Source of the DNA: Podarcis gaigeae
Lineage: Eukaryota
Direction: 5' to 3' (one strand)
DNA length: 64,000 bases
NCBI GenBank assembly: GCA_964106915.2
Contig: OZ066926.1
The translations under genes were made by a program, and so were the position numbers. The notes beneath the pieces were generated by a model that saw only the letters and a program-made list of their open reading frames with translations, searched no databases and was not told the origin of the DNA. This document shows, piece by piece, positions 32,020 to 46,049 of this stretch (position 1 is the first letter of the stretch; each line of letters opens with the position of its first letter).

Positions 32020-35000
32020 TCAGATTGTTACATGGATGGGGCTCTGGAGGTCATCATCAAGGTTCTCCATGTCAGGCATGTTTGGCAGGTCCGCTCCCCC
32101 GTTGGACTCTCTCAAGTGGATCCTCTGGTGGTAGATCATGCTGTGCCTTCGCCGGAACCTCACCCCACACTCCCCACACTGGTATGGTCTCTCCCCGGTG
32201 TGGATTCTCAGGTGGCGCGTCAAGTGAGACTGCCGGCCGAACCTCTTCCCGCACTCGACACATGGGTAGGGCCTCTCCCCGGTGTGTGTGATCCGGTGGC
32301 GGGTCAGGTGAGACTGCCGGGTGAACGTTTTCCCACACTCGGCGCAGGGGTAGACCTTGCTCCCCAGGTGGGTCTTCTGGTGCCTGGTGAGCCCGTACAG
32401 GTCGTGGAATATCTTCCCGCACTCCATGCACTGGTAGGACTCCTTCTCAGTGTGGGTTCGCTGGTGGGCGGCCAGCTCCGACGGCCAGATGAACCCTTTG
32501 CCGCACTCGGTGCAGAAATAGCGCTTCTCCCCCGTGTGGATTCTCTGGTGCGTGGCAAGTTCGGACGGCCACCGGAACGCCTTGCCGCACTCCCCGCAGA
32601 CGTGGCGCTTCTCAGCCACGTGGCCTCCCAGGTAGGCGCCCAGAGGGGGCAGCTGGCCGTTGCCGTTCCTGCAGTCGGCGGCCAGCGGGGAGTTGTCGCC
32701 GGTGTGCATTCTCTGGTGCGCCGCCAGCTCCGACGGCCACTGGAACCCTTTCCCGCACTCGGCGCAGAGGTAGTGTTTGTTTTTGTTGTGGGTTTTCTGG
32801 TGTGTGGCCAGCTCCGACGGCCACCGGAACCCTTTCCCGCACTCGGGGCAGAGGTGGGGCTTCTTGACGGTGTGCGGCTTGGCGTAGTCGGCAGCCGGAG
32901 GGGTCTTCTCGCCAGTGAAAAGGCTCTGGTGCATCGTGAATTCCGGCGGCCACTGGAACAGCGCCTCAGAGTCCATGCCGTAGTGCGGCTGTTCGCCTGC
33001 ATGGATCCTCTGGTGGATGGCGAGCTCCGTTGACCACCGGAACCTCTTGCCACACTCCGTGCAAAGGTGGCACTCCTCGCCCATGTGCGTCTTCTGGTGC
33101 CTGGTGAGGTGCGAGGAACGGCCAAACTGCTTCCCACACTCGGCACAGTGGTAGGACTTTGGCCTGGTGTGAACTTTCTGGTGCAAGGCCAGCTCGGATT
33201 GGCACCGGAACCGCTTCCCGCACTCAATGCAGGGGTGGCGTTTCTCTCTCACTCGGATCCGCTTTGGGTTCAGGTGCTGCACCATCCCGTTGAGCCTTTC
33301 TCCAAATTCAAACTGGGGATCTGCTCTGCTGGGAGTCCTGGCACCTGGTTTGGGTGGTGGTGGTGGGGGGAAGGCAAGAGAAAATTCACAAATTTCATAG
33401 GTATGAATTCTAGAGCTGTCACTCAATTAAAGCAACGATAATTGATCAATGCATGTGTTTTAGATAGAGGTTTAAGCCCTGAAGTTCTGTTCACTATTAT
33501 CTGGCAGCAAGTCCCACTGAATACCATCGCACCTTGGTTCGTAATCCATTCCGGAACATTCAAAAACCAAGGCGCGGCTTTCAATTGGCTGCAGGGGCTT
33601 CCTGCACTCAATCGGATGCCGCAGAAGCAACGTCGGATGTTCGGGTTCCAAAGAACGTTTGCAAACCGGAACATTTACTTCCGGGTTTGCGGTGCTCGGG
33701 AGCCAAAATGTACACGTACCAAGGCGTTCGAAAACCAAGGTACGACTGTACAGGGGGATTTACTTCAGAGCAAACATGAATAAGATTGCCCTGTAACTGG
33801 ATTAAGTCAGCATACAAAAAAGAGGGGAAAAGAGGATAGATAAATAATGCTAATTGCTTCAACATGATTTGTGTGTTTTTCACAGCAAGCACCACCTTGG
33901 AAGAGACGTTTCCCCTTCTCTCTCCAACATTAGAAAATGAATCTTCTAAGATGCTGCTTGCCACCTGCAGGACCCACCTGAGCCCCCTTCATCGGCTGAA
34001 GAATCCCACGTTGCTTCGGTGTCAGAAGAACCTGTGCAGGGAAAGAAACGAGTCAGGTCCGACTGTGACATGCCCTCCGTCACACGCATCCACACAGTAT
34101 AACAGGATGTTTTGGACAGAGTACTGATATGCCTTCATCTGGATACGTTTATCCCACAAGTGCCCCAGAACTACAGAAGAAATTCATTGAAACAGGTCTA
34201 CAGTACAGACTGACACCTGGAGAGGATCTCTAATGCACCTGAGGCAAGGGACCTTGAGAACTGTGTTTGTCTGTATGGCCGTGAAAAGTAGAGAAGAGTC
34301 TGAATTTGATATCCCGCTTTATCACTACCCTAAGGAGTCTCAAAGCGGCTAACATTCTCCTTTCCCTTCCTGCCCCACAACAAACACTCTGTGAGGTGAG
34401 TGGGGCTGAGAGACTTCAGAGAAGTGTGACTGGCCCAAGGTCACCCAGCAGCTTCATGTGGAGGAGCGGGGAAGCGAACCCGGTTCACCAGATTACGAGT
34501 CTACCGCTCTTAACCACTACACCACACTGGCTCTCACTTTCAAGTAGAAAGTATACTACATGTGTTACTACTGTGTCATTTTTACAGAGACAAATAAGAC
34601 CCAGACTTATTTGTCCCTAGGCTGTTTCCTTCCCAGAAAGGTCTTCAAGTGTTATATAATACAATCTTTCTGGTTGTAGATACACAGCCTCATAGAAGTG
34701 AACCAGTTGCAAAATGTGCAAAAGCTATAGAGATCCATATGCAGCTTTCCAAGAATTGCTGTGGGGTCCTGCTTTCAATGTTGACGTTTGTTTAAACATC
34801 TAGCACTGAAAAGTGTGCTATTAGCATGCTTTCTCGTATCTTTTGTGTTTCTTTTCTACCAGTTGTATAGAATCATATATTTGTTTTTGGAATTTGAAGG
34901 TCTGTGGGCTACTAAAAAAACTTTACTGGAGTTCAATTAAGGCCCAAAGACCTAGATCAGGTAGGAAGGTATAACAACAAACTTGCTCGAACCAGAAACT

Positions 35001-36492
35001 CACTTTAAACTACAGCTTTCAGTTCTGGCAGGCAGCAGCCCAATGGTTTGCACAAACCAGTTTGGATGATTTGGGTGACACAGCAAATTGGTTTGTATGA
35101 AACTAGAGAGTGAAATTAAACTCACAAAGGAGGGAGGGAGGAGACTTACGTCTGATAATCCAAGCCATAGTTTGGAGAATAATCTCAACCATCTGGGTGT
35201 GATGCTAGCCATCACCCTAACCTTGAAAATATGGTGAGAATAAATGTTTAGCTCAAGGGTGGGGAGTTTGTGGCTTTCAAGAAGTTGTGAACTCCCATTA
35301 GCCCCAGCCAGCAAGGTCAGCAGTCGGGTATAATGAATAGTCAGGTATGATGGAAGCTGCAGTTCAACAACACCCTTGGCATACATAATAGATAAAGGCA
35401 TTTGTGTACCGAAGAGAAGTAGGTCAAGGAGCTAAGCCGGGCTTCCTCAATCTCGGCCCTCCAGATGTTTTTGGCCTACAACTCCCATGATCCCTAGCGA
35501 GCAGGAGCAGTGGTCAGGGATGATGGGAATTGTAGTCTCAAAACATCTGGAGGGTCGAAGCTGAGGAAGCCTGAGATAAGCACAAGGAAGAGAGGATTCT
35601 TACCCAGCAAACAGATATCCACATCGCCCCTCTGCTCGGCCTCCATGCATGCATCTCCCTGCTCGGCATCTGACAAGGCTTGGTCATCATCAGGGAAATT
35701 CACAACCACCTCCTCAAATAGGTCTGAATCCTGAAATAAGCAGAGAGACACATTTGACAAAAAGATTGATCAAAGACTGTTTAATGTTAAACTAGCTGAA
35801 CAAATGAACGGACAAAAAAGTAGGGTGTTTAGCATGGGTGCCTAAACAGAATTCCTGTCCAGGTAAGACAGGTGCTCACTAGCGGCACGTTCCAGAAACA
35901 CCTGAAGACATCTTTGTTTCCCAGCTGGCAAAGTGGGTCTTTGCCACAAGTGTCTATTTTGTATGGTTTTTAATTCACCATTTTTAATAATCTGTAGTGT
36001 ATATCACCTTGAGATGGTTGTTTAGAAAGTGGTTAATAAATCAGTACAGTCGTACCTTAGAAGTCAAATGGAATCCGTTCCGGAAGTCCATTTGACTCCC
36101 AAAACGTTCAAAAACCAAAGCGTGGCTTCTGATTGGCTTCAGGAAACTCCTTCAGACAATCAGAAGCCACAGAAGCCCCGTCGGACATTTGGCTTCCAAA
36201 AATAGTTTGCGCACCAGAACAGTCACTTTAAGCTGTTCAAAAACCAAGGTACGACTGTAATATTAATTTTTTTTGGGGGGGGGAGGAAAGCAACTAAATC
36301 CAGCTGCCATCCCATGGACTACGGTTTGGCTTTAATAATGTTTTTAGCTCTGCACGAAAAGCAGAACTCTATGGTACAGTTCTTACTAGACTGTACCATT
36401 TTACACTGCAAGCAGGGGGATACTCCAGATTATTTGTATTTTTATGGTGTGAACTGCCCTGAGATCTATAGATGAAGGATGGTATACAAATT

Positions 36493-36526
<34 letters not shown>

Positions 36527-38629
36527 TGATGATGATGATGATGATGTACAGAGAAGAGCAGGAAAATTGGGAGTAGGCATTTCACTCAGATATGAATTCC
36601 CCTACCGGCAGTCTAAAGATTAACAACCCAGCAAATTGTAACATGTGATTCCGCTGATAGCATAGCTTGGCTGCAATTCCACCCTTATAAGCTCTTTTGG
36701 AAATGTAGATTTTATAAGTGCTCTTCTAGGATGCGCCAAGGCAGCTTCATTAGGATGGTTTTTAGAGACAATAGGACAGCCACTCCATGAACCAATATTC
36801 CTTAGCCTAGAGTTGAATATTAGCACGATAAATATACACACAGAGAACACAAAGAACAAGCCAGAATTGAGATCCTGGAATTTTTGCTAGGGCCAACAGA
36901 TGCTATGTTAAAGTCCATATTCTGCATTTCATTGCCATGCAGATTCCAGAACTCTGGAAGGGTAGAGGAAAAGGCTGGGACTTCTTTGCTTCATATCCTA
37001 AGAATTGGAAGGCAAAACTCTGCCTATTGTGTGCTCTCCATCTGCTTCTTGATTTCCTGCAGGAAACCTGCACACACAGAGAGAATTATGCCAGTTGTGC
37101 CCTTCTGTCAAATCACACAAATGACTGGTGCAAATCCATCATTTCTGAGGCAGAGTCACAATTCCTGACTGCAACCGGGGGGGGGGGGGGAGGAGGGCTC
37201 CCTTAGCAAACAGCTCTTTTCATTCCCCCCAATATGCCTCAGCCTGGGAGAGTAGACATCTTGCCCACAGTGTTGGCTTGTAGAGAATGGCAGATGGCCA
37301 GCTACTAGGAGGAAACCCTTTGTTTCTGGGCTGCAGGACTACAACTCCCAAAAGCCTTTGTGTGGATTTCAGTGAATCCGCTGCGAGCGGCAGGTGCAAA
37401 AGTCCTCTGGGGTTTGTAGGCAGCCGTAACAGTGTTTGTAGGAGACCAGGAGGACTGAAGAGGGAAAGCTGGGAATAAGAGATAAGAGGCGCAGCTCTGA
37501 ATTGAGAGCTGGGTTTGTAGAGGCTGCCTTGAGGTCCTGAAAATAAGAGGAGTCTTAATGGCCAGAGGAAGGAATAAAGAGACGTGAGACTTTAGAGATG
37601 ATTCAATGTATTTTGGTGCCTCACGCACAAAGCTCAAGCTGGAAAACTATAAAAATAAACAAAACTATTGACTATTTGTTCTCTTTAGTGTCACCCAGCA
37701 ACACAGATTTTCCAGAAAATTTAAAACGAGGGGATATCTTCCTTTGTAAATTAGGGCAATTTGTGTTGGAGAATTTCCAGTTTGCATCAGAAAATTTCCT
37801 GATACCCTAGAGAGCAATCTAATTTAGCATGTTTATTTGACTTGTGTTTGGTAAACAAAACTATTTTTTAAAAAAACCCTTCTAAACAGCCACGCTTGCA
37901 AATATTTATTTGCAACTGGCACCCATTCATTGTTTACAAATCAACTTGCAAAATGGGGAGGAGGGGGAATTCCCTGGAAAAATTGCCTCCCCAAATACCT
38001 GATGGTAGCCCCAAAAGTCACCACTCCTTGAGGTAAACTGCCCTGCATGGCCAAATGGAAGGCAAGCCCTGAGGGACACTAAGGAGGGAGGCAGAAGACA
38101 GCCGCATTTTATGTTAACAAGAGCAGGACAAACATAGTGCTGCCATTCACACCCTTTGACCTTGATTCCATACTCCTGGAATCCCAGTTATTTGCGATTA
38201 CTCTGCTGTTAAGGAACACATCTGCTGGGTGCCTCAGAAAGCAGCAGTCCCTCTCCCTACAAAACATCTCCATCCTCTGCAATGCCTAATATAATGTAAC
38301 GTCCACAGAAGGCTTGCGTTGTGACATCAACACTGTTTGAATTTGGCCTGTTCTGGTTCCACTTTGCTGGCTGCTACTTAGGGGCGAGTGGGAATACTTG
38401 GAACAACGTGATGTCATAGCTGCCATTTTGTATTGCTAGGCAGTATCAGGAGAAGTAGAGAGACAAGACACAAGGGCTGCTGTTATTGGAGGTAGCCATG
38501 ACTACTCTGTAACGACTAGTTCTGAGAAGGCTAAAAATTCGACAATTGCACCAGCCAAGGCCGAAAATATGGAACATATCGTGTGTTATGTGAAATAATG
38601 AAAACAGAGCATTTTTTTTAAAAAGAAGC

Positions 38630-38665
<36 letters not shown>

Positions 38666-41600
38666 GCAATGAAAAGCTTAGTGGAAGAGCTCCCTGGCAT
38701 CTTGATTGAAAAAAAAACCAAACCTCATAGCAGGTGATGGAGAAGAGACCTGTCACCTGAGACCCCAGAGAGCCTCTCTGCTAAGTCACAGGTGACAATA
38801 CTGGGCTACAGTGACAAGTATTCTGGCCACAGTGCATAACAGTTTCCTATGTCCCAAACCATCTCCACATTTTAATTACACCAAAGGGCAGAAATTAAAG
38901 CAACCAAGCTATTGCTCTGTTTCAATTACCAAGCGTTTTGGCTCATTTCAAAAACTCGGCTCCATGTTTTGATGCAGCTAATGCGGAAGAAGCCACTGCC
39001 TTGGCAATTTTACTGTGCAATCCTATACAACAGGATTGGGGCAACTGTGGCAGGGGCGTCATGAGGACGTCAAGCGACTGATAGGCGTGTGGTCTCCCCC
39101 ACCTGACCTATGAGGTGAAGGGAAGGGTCTGCTTCACCTGTGCATTCCCTGCGGAGAATATGCTGGAGAAAACAGCAGGATAGAACCATGCCCCTTGCCT
39201 ATCAGCTGACATCACCCAGGTGGGAGGAAATGGCCTCATTGGCCAGTGGCCTGGAGGTTCCCCACACCCGCTAAACGTGTCTGCTCAACCTCACTGAATT
39301 CGAATAGGGCTCCCTAAATTTATTTATAAGCATTTCTAAACTGCTTAATATTTAAAAATCTCTAGGCAGTATGCAAATACAAAACATTAAAAAAAACAGT
39401 ATCCAAAAAAGAAATATGCAACATAAAAAGCTGTAAAACTGTAGTATTATAAGAACAGGAATTTGGTCATAGGAAGATCCAATCCGATGGGTCAGAGAAA
39501 GCCTGAGCAAAAAAGGCACATCTTCTTTACAAGACACCTGAAGCAGATGACAGGTGATGCCTCACAAGTGGCAGAGGGAAGGATATTCCCCAGTGCAGGG
39601 GCAATGGTTGAAAAAGCTCATTTTCAGGTCGCTGCCCTGTGATCTTTCATAAGGTGAATGTAGAATTACAGACTTAGAATCTGAAGGCCTGGATCCTGGG
39701 CATTATCAGGGCCTCATCCTGTATGAACCTATCCAAAGTATTAAGTTCAGCTGACAAAATGCTGCCGATGGGTCCAAATTATCCAGAAACTAAACCAGTT
39801 TACCCACAAGGCAGAAGTTTTTTGGTGACTGCTTCAAAACGCCCTTCCACAGGCTAAATGTTTTACTCCTTCCTCCCTCCTGGCATTCCAGAAGTAAATA
39901 AAAGCTTTGGGGACTTTGCTGTGCTTTGGGGACTTAGCACAAAATACATACTCCCATTGTTTGATTGTTTTATTATAGGAGCTTTCAGCCCAAACACTGA
40001 GGTCCAGCTCCGAGGGCCTTCTGGTGGTTCCCTCACTGTGAGACGTGAAGTTAAAGGAAAACAGGCAGATGGCCTTCTTGGTGGTGGCATCTGCTCTGCG
40101 GAATGCCATCCCGTCAGATGTCAAGGAAATAAATACTATACAACTTTTAGAAGACATCTGAAGGCAGCCCCTTATAAGAAAGTTTTTAATGTTTAATGTT
40201 TTATTATGTTTTTATATTCGCTGGAAGCCACACAGAGTAGCTTGGGCAACCTGTTCAGATAGGCAGGGTACAAATAATAAAATTGTTGTTGTTGTTTTAA
40301 GTAGTTTTATACTATTTATATCTTTTTTAAAATGTTTGCGAGGCTGATTGTACACGATTTTGAGAGCCTTAGCTGTAAAACAAATATGTCATCTTTAAAC
40401 AGATATATTATCTTATGCAAACTGCTGAGGTTTTTCTTATCAAGTGCTATATAAATCTTTTTGTATAAATAAACAAAATAACCATTAGCCACAGCAATAA
40501 CAACATTGTAAAGGCAGCCCATGCCCCAAGGACAAAACATGCCCATCACACCTGCCCCCCATCCGTTGCTAGCACCCCACCGCCATTTCCTTCCCATCTC
40601 CGCCATAGTTATGGGCCTATCTCAGCAGGTCAGCCCTCACAAAGAAACTTGTCCCATCCGCAAGCCACAAGATTGTCCTTGGGGGTGGCGTATGGGATGA
40701 GAAAGGGGGTGGGGGACGAAAACCATCTCACCTCCTCTTCTGCTCTCTCTGCCTCTTGCTGCTTCGACAGGAACTCCTCTGCCAGGGCCACGGCCCGTGC
40801 GCAAGTGTCCGGGCTGCATTCCCACACGCGGCTCCGAATCCCCGGAGGGAGGACCGCCAGGAACTGCTCCAGGATCAGGACGTCCAGAATCTGCTCCTTG
40901 GTGCGGTTCTTCGGCTTCAGCCAGTGGTTGCAAAGCTCCCAGAGCTGACCGCAAGCCTTCCGCGGCCCCTCCGTCTCTTGGTAGCAGAACTGCCGGAAAC
41001 GCCGGCGGGCTGTCTCTAGGGTGAAGCCACCCACTCCTGAGGTGGACGTCCGCGTCTTCCCGATGCTCCCTCGGTCTGCGTTGCCTGGGGTACTGGGCTG
41101 GGTTTCTTGCTGGCTCTCCTCTGCGTATGGAGCTGTCCATGGGGAGGAGGCAGGGTTCTCTGCTGGCTCTAATGCTGTTGTAGAGAAGGCCCCTGACTCA
41201 ATGTTTATGGGTGCTGCCTCAGTCGCTGGAGAAGCATCTTGCGTTGGTGGCGGTGGCGGCGGCGGCGGCGGCTGCACAGTTGCAGGAGGCGGAGCTCGTG
41301 GGGCCTGAGACACCTCCTCCCACTGGACTTCCCAGCGCTGAGGCTGTGGGGCTTCTTCTAGGGCCTCTGGCTCAGCAGCAAGTGGCACTTCCAAGCCCAG
41401 AAGTTCCTCCACAGTCCCAGTGCACACCACAAGTAGGGAGTCATCTCCTTCCTCTGCTCCCACAGCCTCTCGTACAGGCCCCGTTGGATNNNNNNNNNNN
41501 NNNNNNNNNNNNNNNNNNNNNNNNNNNNNNNNNNNNNNNNNNNNNNNNNNNNNNNNNNNNNNNNNNNNNNNNNNNNNNNNNNNNNNNNNNNNNNNNNNNN

Positions 41601-41778
41601 NNNNNNNNNNNNNNNNNNNNNNNNNNNNNNNNNCTTCCACCACGACTTCCGCCTCCGCTTCCGGCTCCTCCTCCTCTTCTTCCTCCTCCTCTTCGATCGT
41701 GATTTCCGGATAGACCCCCTGCTCAAGCAGCACTTTAAAATGGAGATCCAGCTCTCCCGATCCCTGCTCAGGCTCCAT
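32020..41778 (-). CDS. SCAN + degenerate KRAB + C2H2 zinc-finger protein (gene Z1), about 850 aa, 11 intact fingers
   Basis: Phase-compatible exons 41778-40732 (Glu/Pro-rich, spans the N gap, SCAN ETARRRFRQFCYQETEGPRKACGQLWELCNHWLKP...ILEQFL), 35730-35604 (127 nt KRAB-A-like LFEEVVVNF...LLG), 34031-33978 ([11 protein letters not shown]), 33344-32020 (finger array). Start codon choice (41778 vs 41862) is uncertain. Confidence 0.88.
33522..33750. mobile_element. Tc1/mariner MITE, second subfamily
   Basis: Ends CCAAGGTACGACTGTA; related to 36045-36259 and 62110-62333. Confidence 0.7.
34290..34535 (-). mobile_element. tRNA-derived SINE (Squam3-like)
   Basis: Minus strand begins GAGAGCCAGTGTGGTGTAGTGGTTAAGAGCGGTAGACTCGTAATCTGGTGAACCGGGTTCGC (A and B boxes). 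Confidence 0.75.
35438..35574. mobile_element. palindromic MITE (CCCTCCAGATGTTTT...ACTACAACTCCCATGATCCC family)
   Basis: Fold-back structure; related copies at about 5485-5595, 7080-7215, 43395-43530 and 52867-52995. Confidence 0.75.
36045..36259. mobile_element. Tc1/mariner MITE, second subfamily
   Basis: TACAGTCGTACCTT...AAGGTACGACTGTA. Confidence 0.8.
36494..36546. repeat. compound (AAT)n(GAT)n microsatellite
   Basis: Direct reading. Confidence 0.95.
39975..40285 (+). mobile_element. L2 LINE 3' end fragment
   Basis: GGCCTTCTTGGTGGTGGCATCTGCTCTGCGGAATGCC...TTTAGAAGACATCTGAAGGCAGCCC...GGGTACAAATAATAAA. Confidence 0.65.
41490..41633. other. assembly gap (144 N) inside the Z1 SCAN exon
   Basis: Run of N. 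Confidence 1.
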
Positions 41779-42955
41779 TTTGTCTTCCAAAAGGTAGACC
41801 GACTTCTCCCAGTTGTAGACGGAGGTCTGGCCACCAAGGCCCCAAGTCTCACACGCAAACATGGCGGGAAACTAGGAAGTGTTTACAGGGGCGTTGTCTC
41901 CCTGAAAGTGGGTGGGGGAAGAAAAAATGGAAGGCTATCACCCAGTTTTAAGAAACTTGAGCCATTTAATCAATTGAAAGTCATTTTCCTGAATTGGTTA
42001 TATGAATAAGAGCAAGAGTTCTGAAGAAAAACAAAATACTTTTGTTTTTAGGTGATGCAATGCACATGCCGGGGGGGGGGGCATCTCAGGTAAAACATTC
42101 CCTTCTGTGTGTGAGGGAAGAGGTACCTTCTAAGAAGGTACCAGCTGCCCAGTTTTTGTATTTATAATTATATAGTTTTGCATATAATAATAATAATAAT
42201 AATAATAATCTGCCACTTCACTAATGCGGGCTACTTCAAAACATATAACTGATTAATGAAACTGATTCATGAATGAAACATTGCAGTCCAATAAAAAGGG
42301 GGGGGGGACAGAGGAAGGGGGGAAGTTGAGGGGGAAAACAGCCGGTGTTGAGGAACATCTTCCTTACACAGCCACCCCTAACTCCACTGCAAAAAGCCCA
42401 GGGAGAAATTGTTAGGGTGGCCATCAGTAAAATCTCCTTCCAGAAGAGAGATACACAGCCACTGTCTCTCTGCTCTCATGGCTCTCTCACTCTGAGCCAT
42501 CCTGCACATTTAGAATCTTCACCCAGCCCACACACTGCAACTCTTCAAGAGGCAGGTAGGAGATCATACTATGGAGTGATTCCCCAAGGCCAAAAACACC
42601 ATGTCCCTGGATACTGGAATTTTAGACAGAAGAGTTATTCTAGCCCAGCCTTCTCTGTTCTGTTCCTAGGGAATTTCTTATTACGGTGCACATTCAAACA
42701 TGCAACACCTCCACCCCCAGCATTCCACAATGGGACAGCCTTCGCAGGGTCTGTTTTTCTGAACATGTAGATCAGGTTCTGTGTCTTCTGGCCAGATGGA
42801 TAAGAGAACGGCAAGTACATCTACTACAACACAACACAATGTATTTTCCCAGCTTGGAAATACGGTGCAGCACTCTAGAGGCTATAGCAAGGCCAGGAAG
42901 TGCCATTCTTTTGCCATTTAGCTACTTGCCCAACGAAAGCAGCAGACTTCATGGC

Positions 42956-42956
<1 letters not shown>

Positions 42957-42993
<37 letters not shown>

Positions 42994-43019
42994 GCTCTCT
43001 CTCTCTCTCTCTCTCTCTC
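42957..43019. repeat. compound (CTG)n(CT)n microsatellite in the Z1 first intron
   Basis: Direct reading. Confidence 0.95.
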
Positions 43020-46000
43020 CTTTTCAGAGGCTCAAGTTCCCATTTGTTTGTACAGTGCCATACTCAGTGCTGATAGGGTGGTACGAAGAATGATAATAAT
43101 TTACCAAGGCCACTTATTAAGCCAATATAGCACAGTGGCTGGAATGTCTGCACTCCATTAAACATTAAAATTTCAGAGTACTGGGTTTGACCTCAGGTGA
43201 TTCCCCCGATTTTCAAAATTATGCAAAATTTATTTGCAGTTCTGTTTTAAGTCCTCGGTCACATATGATCACACAGACCCCATTTGGTGTGACTTAGCAT
43301 TACATCTAAACCTAGGGCTCATGGTTTGTCTTGCTCCAAAAAATCTGTAGCCAAAGGTCTGTTATTGGCTTACTGGCCCATGGTTAGTCTGGAGCAGGCT
43401 TCCTCAAACTCAGCCCTCCAGATGTTTTGAGACTACAATTCCCATCATCCCTGACCACTGGTCCTGCTAGCTAGGGATCATGGGAGTTGCAAGCCAAAAA
43501 CATCTGGAGGGCGAGTTTGAGAAAGCCTGGTCTGGGGGAACTGGGGTTTATTGTAACACGAAGCCAAACCATGGCTTGGCTCTGTATAGTGCAGGAGGAG
43601 GAGGACCACTGGAAGAGAGACATGGCCACTATTTCTCCTCCAAGTACCTGCACACTCATTCATTCATGTTTAGCCATAGTTTGGCTTAGTGTTACAAGCA
43701 AATGAGGCCACGGATGAACTCTCCCCCCCCCCACCACACACACTTCTAGTCCCCTTCTAGATGGTGACACCTGTTGACATTTGGTAACTACCTCAAATAC
43801 AAACGCCTCCATCATCCTTCAGCATTAAGAATATTCACAAATATTCCCTCCTTTGGTCAGTCTCACAGCTCAATAAACTAAGCAAACGTAAGCAGCAACA
43901 ATAAGTTGTACAGAAATGTAGGAACTTTATACTAGCAATCGATACATTGTGCTTACAGAGGACTATGTACCAAATTCTAACTTCCCAAAAAAGCAACAAA
44001 AATGGAAACTTTCCACATTTACAATTAGCTAAAGGACAAGTACTAGGAAATGTTCCCACCCTCTCACCATACTTTTTCATTTTAACAAATGCAATCTTTC
44101 TTTCCCCTACCCCCACCAGTGTTGAAAAGTATTGTTCATCCTCAGGTGTATAAGCTAGGTGCCAAATGGCTCCTTAAACCAAGGCTACAGCCATCAAAAC
44201 AGAATGTCTACTTGCCATTTTGGGGCAAGATGGATCTAAAGTCTTATTTTTTTCAAATGACTGTCTGACTGTGATTATCAGTTAAACATCTGGCTAGTTC
44301 AGATGAAAACCTTGAGTTAGGTTAAGAACTCTGAGAACTTAAAAGAAGAAAAGTCATTTTATCCAGGGACAGTCCACATATATATTGCCCTTTTCCTAAT
44401 TCTTTTTCTCAGTGGTGACAGGGACCATTCATAACATAAGAATATTATTCACAACTGTGAGCAGGGCAGTGGGGTGGGGTAAGTGAGGACAAGATACAAT
44501 TAACTATAACACTGTTCGCTGCTCTTGCACAGGCTGCACAGAAAAAGCATTTTGGTTCCTGAAATTCATTCTGATTGTGTTGCAAGTGGCCAATAGCAAA
44601 ATGTGCCTGTTCATCAACATATTTTCATCAAACCTCACACAGCCAACTTCAAGTGATTATTAATTTGATAAAACAGGGTTTTTTACTCCAAAATGGAATG
44701 ATGGCATATGCACCCTTTCAATTATAGTACGTAACTATATTCAACACTGGAGATTCCCTTCCCTCAATATTTCTTTAAAAAGATTCACCTAGATCATGCA
44801 TGTCCAACCGGTTGATCGAGATCTGCCGGGCGACCACGTGTTGTCTGTGGTCAAACATGGTTGTTTGCGTGATCCTGAGCGATCTACCCCCCCCCCAAAA
44901 AAACTCAACAACTTTGGCTCACCCCCCCAAAAAAAACTCAACAACTCTGGCCAATCCAATGGGTAGATCACTGCCAGTTTATTTATAGTGGGAGTAGATC
45001 GCAGTCTCTTGGAAGTTGGACGTGTCTGACTTAGATGTTTCCAAATCTGCCCGGCCCCCCTAAAAATTTCAAAACATGAACAGGAGCAAGACCAGCACTA
45101 ATAATCTTTTGGAAAACAAAGCACATGTTACAAAAGGAGCACCTTCCATATGCACATTTGGACATACAAATTTCTACATAAAAGGATTTCAATCTTAAAA
45201 ACAGAAATAGACACTCATCCTTCCAATGGGTATCAACTGCAAAATTCACACCGACAAATCTTCACAGCAGACTTTAAGAAATGAGTCAAAGTATTGGAAC
45301 CACTGGGAAGAATCAAAATTAGCTTCAAAGACTTTTCACCTGGGAGTTATAATAGGAGACTTGAAGCACAAATATTTAGAGTTAACTCTATGCCCAAAAG
45401 ATTCCCAAACTGCACTGCAAGTCATCCAAGCAGTCCCTGCACATCTGGGCCACTGACTAATGAACACTAATGCCACGGAAGCCACAGATTGGCAGCAGAA
45501 GTGGGGGGGGGGCAGCGAGGGGAGGAGCCCGGGCTGCTTGGGGGAAATGAGCATGTTTACTAATGGTGAGAACATAGTTGATCTACTACCACCTCCCTGC
45601 TCACTTTAACAGACGGACTTAGACCAGACATTCAATTATTTGTTCACAATTAGGGTGAAGCACTTGATTGATCTGTTAATTAATTAATTGGCAAAAGGAT
45701 TACTGTGCTAACACCAAAAGGGGGAAGGGGAGCTGAAGTGGTGATTCAGTCTCCTTGTCATTTTTGTTAGGTTGCGTCCACTAAACAGGAAGCACCCACC
45801 TCTTCCCAAAGACCAGGGTAAGGCAATCAGCCACCCACACCCCCTATACAAAGTGGGGTGCACTCTGCTCCCCACCATCAGATGCAGAGACACAGCCCCC
45901 CACCTCCATCTTTCTAACTGTAAACCTCCTTCCTTCCCAGATGTCTCAACTTTCCACCTCTCCCCCCCCCAACCAGCCACCCACATCTTAGCTTCCTGTC

Positions 46001-46049
46001 CTCTTTCTCCTACCAGAAACATTTCTGCCTAGCCCTCCCCTGATTAACC

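Noticed and set aside
32032-33227. Long overlapping ORFs (333 aa on +, 307 aa on -) over the Z1 finger exon
   Set aside because: Shadow frames of GC3-rich zinc-finger codons; no independent motifs.
34470-34535. tRNA-like A and B boxes here and in the Sauria SINE heads
   Set aside because: SINE heads with no complete cloverleaf; not tRNA genes.
36890-37070. Possible extra Z1 exon after a TGTGCAG acceptor
   Set aside because: Frames examined reach stops, and the gene is phase-compatible without it.
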